A stretch of DNA of 64,000 bases from the NCBI GenBank assembly GCA_028704885.1, contig JAQWEN010000001.1, positions 350,679-414,678 on the forward strand, read 5' to 3'. The DNA comes from Candidatus Shapirobacteria bacterium (GTDB lineage Bacteria; Patescibacteriota; Microgenomatia; UBA12405). Both the position numbers and the translations under genes were made by a program. Within the stretch, counting starts at the first letter, position 1, and each line of letters begins with the position of its first letter. The notes under the pieces were generated by a model. It searched no databases. It was not told the DNA's origin and was given only the letters and a program-made list of their open reading frames with translations. Positions 57,034 through 64,000 of the stretch are shown here, in pieces.

Positions 57034-58329
57034 TTATCTACCGACTGAAATATAGTTAAAACCTAGATCTTTTATCTCTTCTTTATCGAAAATATTACGG
57101 CCATCGACAATATTAGCTTTTTTCATTGACTTTTTAATCTGTTTTAAATCAACATTTTTGAATTCCGGCCACTCGGTAGCAATAATCAAACAATCGGCGT
57201 TTGCAACCGACTGAAGGAGGTCTTTTTCATAATTAACAGTATCGCCTAAAATTAATTTAGCCGGATTAATAGCAATTGGATCGACAACAGTAATTTTGGC
57301 ATCGCGATCGAGAAGTTGTTTGATAATAATCAATGATGGAGCTTCGCGAACATCATCAGTATTTGGTTTAAAAGCTAAACCCCAAATGGTAATATTTTTA
57401 CCATGTAAACCTTGACCAAGGAGAGATTGAATTTTAGGAAGAAGAGATTGTTTTTGAGCCAGATTGGTATCTTCGACAGCATCGAGAATACTAAAACGAA
57501 CACCATTTTCTTGGGCAATTTGAATTAAACCTTTGACGTCTTTTGGAAAACAGCTGCCACCATAACCAATGCCGGCATTTAAAAAAGCTTTTTGACCAAT
57601 TCGATTATCAAATTTCATTCCTTGAGAAACCTTACTGACATCAGCACCAATTTTTTCACAAATATTTGCAATAGAATTTATAAAGGAAATTTCAGTGGCT
57701 AAGAAAGCGTTAGAAGCATATTTAATTAGTTCAGCAGTCTTGATGTCAGTATTTATAATAGTCGAGTTTTGAGGAGCATATAGATCATTAATAATTTTTT
57801 GAGCTTTTTTGGAACCATTACCAATAATGATTCGATCGGGATGCATAAAATCGTAGACAGCAGTTCCCTCTCTTAAAAATTCAGGATTAGAAACAATATC
57901 AAATTCACCATTATAATTTTGACCAATAATTCTCTTGACAAGATCGCCGGTACCAATTGGGACAGTGGATTTATTAATAATTATTTTATAACCATTCATG
58001 TTTTTACCAATAGATTCGGCAGCAGCTTTAACATATTCCAAATTAACACTACCATCGGCCATAGGTGGGGTACCAACAGCAATAAAAATAATATCTGATG
58101 ATTTAACGGCTTTGGAAATATTAGTGGTAAAAGATAGATTATTGTTTTTTTGATTCTTTTTAATTAAATCAGTGAGACCTTCTTCATAGATTGGAATAAT
58201 GCCTTTATTTAAGTTGTCAATTTTCTTTTGATCAATATCAAGACCGACTACTTGATTTCCGAGTTCAGCAAAACAAGTACTGGTAACTAGACCTACATAA
58301 CCAACTCCAATGACTGTTATTTTGTTCAT
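57034..58329 (-). CDS. ugd: UDP-glucose 6-dehydrogenase
   Basis: G.GYVGL, KSTVP, SNPEFLREG, GYGGSCFPKD, FKPNTDD.RE. Confidence 0.95.
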   Translation of the reverse strand: MNKITVIGVGYVGLVTSTCFAELGNQVVGLDIDQKKIDNLNKGIIPIYEEGLTDLIKKNQKNNNLSFTTNISKAVKSSDIIFIAVGTPPMADGSVNLEYVKAAAESIGKNMNGYKIIINKSTVPIGTGDLVKRIIGQNYNGEFDIVSNPEFLREGTAVYDFMHPDRIIIGNGSKKAQKIINDLYAPQNSTIINTDIKTAELIKYASNAFLATEISFINSIANICEKIGADVSKVSQGMKFDNRIGQKAFLNAGIGYGGSCFPKDVKGLIQIAQENGVRFSILDAVEDTNLAQKQSLLPKIQSLLGQGLHGKNITIWGLAFKPNTDDVREAPSLIIIKQLLDRDAKITVVDPIAINPAKLILGDTVNYEKDLLQSVANADCLIIATEWPEFKNVDLKQIKKSMKKANIVDGRNIFDKEEIKDLGFNYISVGR

Positions 58330-58349
58330 ATGAAATAATATAACACATT

Positions 58350-58390
58350 AAAAAAGCCGGCAGATTGTTACATGCACCTGTCGGCTTTTT
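58350..58390. terminator. Bidirectional intrinsic terminator
   Basis: AAAAAGCCGGCAG...CTGTCGGCTTTTT. Confidence 0.7.
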
Positions 58391-58410
58391 AGGGGTTAGA
58401 GAGAAGGTTT

Positions 58411-58773
58411 TTATTTGTTGGCAACTTTGTTTTTGAGTCTAAAATTTATCATGGCTGAGTAATAGGCTTCACGAACATGATAATCGGAAATTTTAGACAA
58501 AGTTTCAAGTATAAAGTCATAGCCTTTGGCACGGGAGATGAGATAAAATTTTTGATTACTTTTGTTAAAGTTAAAATAACTAGTGTTATAACTGTTGGCT
58601 GTTGATAATGACGGAATTTTGGAAGTAATAATAAGATCATTATCTCCATGGGAACGATAAAAATGATTTACCAGATCTAAAAAATCTTTTAAATCGGCAG
58701 CCGAAGCTTCAATCAGATGAGATAAACTTCCAATGAGAAGTGCATTTTTAGGCAGTTCAAATTCTGTCGCCAT
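58411..58773 (-). CDS. Hypothetical protein
   Basis: 120-aa ORF with SD GAAAGGGG, extended -10 upstream and its own terminator. Confidence 0.6.
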   Translation of the reverse strand: MATEFELPKNALLIGSLSHLIEASAADLKDFLDLVNHFYRSHGDNDLIITSKIPSLSTANSYNTSYFNFNKSNQKFYLISRAKGYDFILETLSKISDYHVREAYYSAMINFRLKNKVANK

Positions 58774-58857
58774 TATAAATAATCCCCTTTCTGTGTTTTA
58801 AAGGTGTGGAGCGCTAAAGCTCTTTCTTTAGCGGTATTTTAGCACAAAAATAAAAAA

Positions 58858-60591
58858 TTACTTAATTCCGTATTGCTTGCCAAAGATTAGATCGTATTGA
58901 ATAAGTTCATAATTTTTCAATTGATCTCCGGTGAAATTTGTTGAAATTTTTTGATTTAAAACAGTATTAGTTTCTTTGAGAGAATTTAAAAAAGCAAATT
59001 GATAATTAGGAGTAATATTTGCCATTTTAAGGATCTCTAAAGATAAAAAAGATGGACTTAATTCTTTCGGTAAATTTAAATTAGTTTTAAAATTTGACCA
59101 GATGGAAATTGGAGTGGTGTGCATTTTTGTTTCATCGCTAATGTTGTAGTTTTCTTTTTTATAGATATCAAAATCGCCGCCCAAAAATGGTAGATGGTCA
59201 CCAAAGAAAATAATAATAGTTGGTTTCTTTATTTTATTTAATTCAGTTTTGAGAGTCGAATAAGATTGATCACTTAAATTGATACCGTCGATGTAGCTTT
59301 GAAGAGTGGATTGATCGGCAGAATTTAGGGAATTTTGAAAAGTAATTGGATGCTCTGGAAAACGGTTGGCTTCATAAGGAGCATGATTTTGAATCGAAAG
59401 GGCAAAAATAAATTGTGATTTATCGGTGGAATTTAATTGATTTAAAACTTCTTTAGTGAATGATTTATCGGAAACAAACGGGCCAGCATTCTGATAATTG
59501 CTCATGTTACTCAAATTAGTGAATTTGTCCACATCAAAATATCTGTAAACGTTATCGCGATTGTAAAACCATTGACTGTAGGGATGAATGGCAGTGGTAA
59601 AATAGCCTTTTTCTTTAAATAAAGAGAAAAGGGAAGGAATATTTTTTTTGATATATTGAGTGTAAGGATAGGAATTAGTTGGTAGAAAATAATTAGAAAA
59701 CCCAGTCAGTAATTCGAACTCAACATTGGCTGTTTCGCCACCAAAAGCTGGAGAAATGAAACTTGACTTAATATCAGAACGAACATTTTTAATTGGATCT
59801 TTGGAATATTTAGTTTCAGAAAATTGAACTGCATCCCAAAAAGACTCAGACATTATAACAATAATATTTGGCTTGACTTTATTATCTTCGTTATACTCAG
59901 AGGCCTCCTTTTTTACATCTGAATAAATTTGATTGATTTTGGCTTGATTATAATTAATTGGTTCTGGGAAAATTAAGTATTTTTCATCATGAACGAAACA
60001 AAGCAGCATTCCATTGTTGCGGCAATTTTCGGCAGCATCCCAGGCATGGAAAAGAATATTGGTTTTGGATAAAATTTGGTCAAATAATTTAGGGTTAAAA
60101 TAAGGTAGTAAAAGGATATAAAAAGAAACAAGAATAAATAGGATTCGGATTAATTTTCTTTTAATTTGAAATTTAAAAAAATGTTTTAAAAAGAAAAAAG
60201 AAACAAATAAAGCACCAAAACTGGCAATTAATTCTTTTTTTAAATTAGTGTGCTTAATTATAAGTGGGACAAAACCTAATAATTGTTTTCCCCAAGTTAA
60301 GTCATTAATTTTTAAAGGTAGGTTGAGAACTTTGATTTTGTAACGATTAGCAATGCTAAAGATGGTAAAAAATAAAAGGTAGAAAAATATGGCCTGATAA
60401 TTTTTTTTAAAAATTCCCAAAAAGAGAACAAAAACGGCCGACCAAAGAATAAAGTTTAAAACTAAAACCCAAGGGTTGATAATTTTAAACTCATATCCTC
60501 TGCCAATTGAAAGTCGTTGAGAGAGGTAAGAAAGAACGAAGGGAAGAAAAATTTGAAATATGGTTAGCGATATAGAAAAAATTTTTTTCAT
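58858..60591 (-). CDS. LTA synthase family (LtaS/sulfatase-like phosphoglycerol transferase)
   Basis: N-terminal TMs, PNIIVIMSESF, GGETANVEFE (Thr nucleophile), QNH.PY, FFGDH. Confidence 0.88.
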   Translation of the reverse strand: MKKIFSISLTIFQIFLPFVLSYLSQRLSIGRGYEFKIINPWVLVLNFILWSAVFVLFLGIFKKNYQAIFFYLLFFTIFSIANRYKIKVLNLPLKINDLTWGKQLLGFVPLIIKHTNLKKELIASFGALFVSFFFLKHFFKFQIKRKLIRILFILVSFYILLLPYFNPKLFDQILSKTNILFHAWDAAENCRNNGMLLCFVHDEKYLIFPEPINYNQAKINQIYSDVKKEASEYNEDNKVKPNIIVIMSESFWDAVQFSETKYSKDPIKNVRSDIKSSFISPAFGGETANVEFELLTGFSNYFLPTNSYPYTQYIKKNIPSLFSLFKEKGYFTTAIHPYSQWFYNRDNVYRYFDVDKFTNLSNMSNYQNAGPFVSDKSFTKEVLNQLNSTDKSQFIFALSIQNHAPYEANRFPEHPITFQNSLNSADQSTLQSYIDGINLSDQSYSTLKTELNKIKKPTIIIFFGDHLPFLGGDFDIYKKENYNISDETKMHTTPISIWSNFKTNLNLPKELSPSFLSLEILKMANITPNYQFAFLNSLKETNTVLNQKISTNFTGDQLKNYELIQYDLIFGKQYGIK

Positions 60592-60655
60592 TAGGATAAG
60601 AAATTATAGAACATAATTGCTTGATGGATATTAGTTATGTGCTATAAGTAATTAA

Positions 60656-62233
60656 ATGAAAGATTTTGTTAACAGATTTAGCTTTGTTTTAAGTATGTTT
60701 GTTTGTGTTGTTGTGTATTTATGTTTGGCTTTTAAAAATCCATTTGTACCTAATTCATTAGTATCTAATTTAGAACCATATCCAGATACATTATGGTATT
60801 CAGTTCCGGCTTGGAATTTTGTTAATAATAATGGTTTTTCAATGTCAGTTTTTGGAGTGGAAATAAAAAAAATGGTTCCTCCTGCTTATAGCATATATTT
60901 AATCCCGTTTTTTGCAATTTTTAAAGATGTAAGGTCTTTTTATTTTGGAAATTTGTTATTGGGAATTTTATCAATTATATTATTCGGATTAATTGCTAAA
61001 AAAATATTTAAAAACAACTCGTTATTAATTCTATTTTTGGAATTTTTATTAATAACAAATTTTTATTTTTATATTTTACCTAGTCTTTTGATGGCAGAAA
61101 ATTTAACCTTGTTTGTAACTCTTTGTGCTGTCTATATTTTGATATCAAAAATGTCAATTAAAAATACTTTTTTTGCTGGTTTTGTTGGAATTCTCTTTTG
61201 GTTAATAAAATTTTCTAATTTAACGTTGGGGTTATCTTTTTTGTTTCTATATACAATAAAAATTGTATTGGAAAATAAAACTAGATCTGACAAGATAAAA
61301 CATATTTCAATTTTGGTGTTTTTTGGAATTTTGTTTTTTCTATATTTAAAATTTTCGTCATTATTAGCTGGTCGAGCAGGTACAGGTTCGATAGTAGCTT
61401 TTTCAAAAAAATATTTTATTGATAATTTTAAATATTATATTAATACTTTTTTTGGTGGAAAAACTAGTTATTCTTGGTATCAGCAAATTTTTTTAAATAA
61501 ATACTTAGGTATTTTGTCTTTGATAGGTTTTATTTTGGGTTTATGGAATAAAAATACAAGAAAATTTACTGTTTCATTATTTTTAATAGTTTTTCCATTA
61601 GTTATTTTTATGTCGTTTTTTTATAGTCCAAGTAGCAGATATGTTTTTGCAGTATTACCATTGTTAATTTTATTGATTGGAATATTTTTAGATAAATTAG
61701 GTTCTAGAATTAGTAAAAAGAAATTTTTTGTTTTGGTTTTTTTAATTGCTGGAGTTTATTTGTTGAGTAGTCAATATTCGGATAAAAATGAATTTTTGAT
61801 AGTTTCTTTAAAAAAACAGATTGGGTTAAATTTTAGACACAAAGAAGACCCATGGAATTATTTGGCAATTCAAAGTTTTAACGGCTATTTTAAAGAAAAA
61901 AAAGAAAATGTTTACTTAGCCACATTTTTACCACCGTTTTATATAAACTACTTTATGAATGAAAATTATAAATTTTTGCCAATTTTTTTAGGTCAGGAAT
62001 TTAGTGATAATTATCTTAAAAGGGTTTACAAAAGTGATTTAATTGGCGAATATAAAAAATTATTGGAACAAAACAACGAACTTTATTTTTCCAATTATTA
62101 TGTGAATAATAGTTTCGATTCTTGGAATATGGAATTAGAAAAAATTAAAACAAATTTTGAAGTTAAGAAAGTATCTGATGGTTGTCTTGGTAGTTGTAAT
62201 ATTTACCGTATAAATTTAAAAAATAAACTATGA
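60656..62233 (+). CDS. GT-C fold (ArnT/PMT-like) membrane glycosyltransferase
   Basis: EPYPD in first loop, PP.YS, MAEN, RY motif; many TMs. Confidence 0.65.
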   Translation: MKDFVNRFSFVLSMFVCVVVYLCLAFKNPFVPNSLVSNLEPYPDTLWYSVPAWNFVNNNGFSMSVFGVEIKKMVPPAYSIYLIPFFAIFKDVRSFYFGNLLLGILSIILFGLIAKKIFKNNSLLILFLEFLLITNFYFYILPSLLMAENLTLFVTLCAVYILISKMSIKNTFFAGFVGILFWLIKFSNLTLGLSFLFLYTIKIVLENKTRSDKIKHISILVFFGILFFLYLKFSSLLAGRAGTGSIVAFSKKYFIDNFKYYINTFFGGKTSYSWYQQIFLNKYLGILSLIGFILGLWNKNTRKFTVSLFLIVFPLVIFMSFFYSPSSRYVFAVLPLLILLIGIFLDKLGSRISKKKFFVLVFLIAGVYLLSSQYSDKNEFLIVSLKKQIGLNFRHKEDPWNYLAIQSFNGYFKEKKENVYLATFLPPFYINYFMNENYKFLPIFLGQEFSDNYLKRVYKSDLIGEYKKLLEQNNELYFSNYYVNNSFDSWNMELEKIKTNFEVKKVSDGCLGSCNIYRINLKNKL

Positions 62234-62904
62234 AAATATTTATAATCGTGCCGGTTTACAATGAGGAAAACAGAGCAATAGAAACTATAAATGAGATTTT
62301 GCAAACAGATGGAAAATTAAATGTAATAGTGGTGGATGATGGATCATCAGATAATTCATTAAAAATTTTAAAGAAAAAATTTAATGATAATAAAAAGGTA
62401 ACTGTCTTAAATCATATAATTAATCTTGGTAAAGGGGCGGCAATGAAGACTGGTTTGAAAATGGCATGGAAATTGGGTGGAGAGGCAGTGATTTTTGTGG
62501 ATGCCGATGGTCAACACAACCCAAAATATTTACCAAAATTTATTGAAGAACTAGACAAGAATCCAATCGTGTTTGGTTATAGAGAATTAGATAAAAAGTC
62601 ACCATGGATAAGGCGAAATGGTAATAGATTTGCTGGATGGTTAATTGAAATTTTATTTAATATTAAAAGAAAAGATTTACTTTGTGGATTTTTGGGATTT
62701 AGAAAAGAGGTATATAAAAAAATTATTTGGAAATCGACTAGATATGGGATAGAAACAGAAATGGCAGCTAAAGTCGGACGCAGCAAAATCCCCTTTTCTG
62801 AAGTAAAAATTGATACAATTTATATTGATAAATATAAAGGGGTAACAATTTTTGATGCTTTTAAAATTTTATTTAAAATCCCCTTTTGGTATGTTAGTAA
62901 GTAG
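62230..62904 (+). CDS. Glycosyltransferase family 2 (polyprenol-phosphate sugar synthase-like)
   Basis: PVYNE, VDDGSSD, NLGKGAA, DADGQH. Confidence 0.9.
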   Translation: MKIFIIVPVYNEENRAIETINEILQTDGKLNVIVVDDGSSDNSLKILKKKFNDNKKVTVLNHIINLGKGAAMKTGLKMAWKLGGEAVIFVDADGQHNPKYLPKFIEELDKNPIVFGYRELDKKSPWIRRNGNRFAGWLIEILFNIKRKDLLCGFLGFRKEVYKKIIWKSTRYGIETEMAAKVGRSKIPFSEVKIDTIYIDKYKGVTIFDAFKILFKIPFWYVSK

Positions 62905-63308
62905 AAAGTTATCAAGTAGAAAGTAGAAAGAAAATAAAGTGAAAATAGAAAAATTTGAAGATTTAGTTTGTTGGAAGAAATCTCAGAGTTTTATTATTGA
63001 GATATATAAAGTTTTTAGTAGTTGTAAAGATTATTCCTTTAAAGATCAAATAGTTAGAGCAGCTGTTTCAATTTCAAATAATATTGCTGAAGGATTTGAA
63101 AGATTATCAAATAAAGATTTTAGAAAATTTTTATATATTTCAAAAGGATCATGTGGTGAAGTAAGATCGATGTTGTATTTATCAAAAGAGTTAAAATATG
63201 TTACAGAAGAAGAGTTTAATTTTTTGTATAATCAATCAATAGAAATTTCAAAAATTTTATCAGGTTTAATTAAATCTTTATAACTTTATACTTTTAACTT
63301 TATAACTA
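62899..63308. repeat. Inverted heptamer arrays flanking the four-helix-bundle gene
   Basis: Left 62899-62930 AAGTAGA-AAGTTAT-C-AAGTAGA-AAGTAGA-AAG; right 63277-63308 reverse complement AGTTATA-AAGTTAA-AAGTATA-AAGTTAT. Confidence 0.65.
62939..63283 (+). CDS. Four-helix-bundle protein (23S rRNA IVP / Avd-like family)
   Basis: FEDL.CW.KS, DQI.RAAVSISNNIAEGF.R, FLYISKGSCGEVRS.L. Confidence 0.92.
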   Translation: MKIEKFEDLVCWKKSQSFIIEIYKVFSSCKDYSFKDQIVRAAVSISNNIAEGFERLSNKDFRKFLYISKGSCGEVRSMLYLSKELKYVTEEEFNFLYNQSIEISKILSGLIKSL

Positions 63309-63312
63309 AACC

Positions 63313-63639
63313 ATGAACATAATTACTCTACAAATAATACTATTCGCATTTGCCATATTTATGGCTTATTCTTTGTTTTTACATTGGAAAAAGAAAAATA
63401 TTTCTAATAATTTATTCTTTTTTTGGATATGTATTTTTTCTTTGTTTATATTTATAACTTTTTTTCCAAAAATACTTGAACCACTATTAAAAGAATTATT
63501 TCTTGTAAGGGTAATGGATTTGGGAATGATTGGGACTTTTATGATTTTAACCTATGTATCGATTGAAAATAATATTAAGATCAAGAATTTGGAAGAAAAA
63601 ATGGAAAAATTGGTTAGAAAAATTTCTTTAAAAAAATAA
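63313..63639 (+). CDS. DUF2304 family membrane protein
   Basis: FFW.......FFP, R..D, C-terminal LEEKMEKLVRKIS. Confidence 0.75.
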   Translation: MNIITLQIILFAFAIFMAYSLFLHWKKKNISNNLFFFWICIFSLFIFITFFPKILEPLLKELFLVRVMDLGMIGTFMILTYVSIENNIKIKNLEEKMEKLVRKISLKK

Positions 63640-63645
63640 AAAAAT

Positions 63646-64000
63646 ATGAAAAAACAAATAAGTTTTAAAAATAAAACATTGCTTATTACTGGTGGAACAG
63701 GTTCTTTTGGTAATAAAATGCTGCGATATTTTTTAAACAATACTGATATTGGAGAAATTCGTATTTTTAGTCGAGATGAAGAAAAACAAGATAGAATGCG
63801 CAATGAACTTTGCGATTCAAAACTGAAGTTTATTATTGGTGATGTACGTGATTATGAAAGTATAAATAGGGCTATGTCTGGGGTTGATTTTGTTTTTCAT
63901 GCAGCAGCCTTAAAACAAGTACCTTCTTGTGAGTTTTTTCCAATGGAAGCGGTTAGAACTAATATATTGGGGGCAAATAATGTTTTAAATGCAGCTGAAA
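63646..64000 (+). CDS. UDP-GlcNAc 4,6-dehydratase/epimerase (FnlA/CapE/PseB-like), partial
   Basis: Own translation MKKQISFKNKTLLITGGTGSFGN...RIFSRDEEKQ...IGDVRD...FHAAALKQVPSCEFFPMEAVRTN; runs off window end. Confidence 0.9.
   Translation, partial: MKKQISFKNKTLLITGGTGSFGNKMLRYFLNNTDIGEIRIFSRDEEKQDRMRNELCDSKLKFIIGDVRDYESINRAMSGVDFVFHAAALKQVPSCEFFPMEAVRTNILGANNVLNAAE

Noticed and set aside
12885-63803. Numerous 60-110 aa ORFs nested in or antisense to ileS, ftsZ, ftsA, murE, glyQS, GTs, metK and galE
   Set aside because: No motifs and fully overlapping well-supported genes; consistent with chance open frames
1-64000. Alternative genetic code (TGA=Gly as in Gracilibacteria/Absconditabacteria)
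   Set aside because: Conserved genes are full length under code 11, and TGA terminates ORFs (e.g. 9525-9527, and the GT4 ending at 40138)
1-64000. CRISPR array, integrase, transposase or reverse transcriptase
   Set aside because: No regularly spaced repeat-spacer array and no ORF with such motifs; the Avd-like gene has no RT or TR/VR pair in the window, so no DGR is called

Overview
AT-rich bacterial chromosome segment read with the standard genetic code (TGA acts as stop). Gene content and style suggest a Patescibacteria/CPR genome of the Microgenomates type; this is inference. The window holds: housekeeping genes (ndk, carD-like, lepB, parB, rpmA, rplU, rodA, ileS, glyQS, recO); three tRNAs (Gly-CCC, Thr-CGT, Val-CAC); a minus-strand dcw cluster (rsmH to ftsZ); and an ~29 kb surface-glycan locus (35.4-64 kb) that includes metK behind a SAM-I-family riboswitch. 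The strongest candidate for an undescribed system is in the dcw cluster. No murB, murC, murD, murF or ddl is seen in this window. Instead the cluster has an Mpl-like ligase, an Arg/Leu-tRNA-protein-transferase-like gene, an NlpC/P60 peptidase, an unannotated LysW-like Zn-ribbon protein that ends in Lys rather than EDWGE, a fold-type-II PLP enzyme and an ATP-grasp ligase, next to a MurE with a non-canonical DDTR specificity motif. This points to a non-standard peptidoglycan peptide pathway. Other signals: a four-copy double-hairpin repeat inserted in frame into proteins; several 7-8-mer tandem repeat families, one flanking a four-helix-bundle gene as inverted arrays; pervasive leaderless-type gene starts; and three orphan genes with a contrasting hairpin + boxA-like + SD leader.
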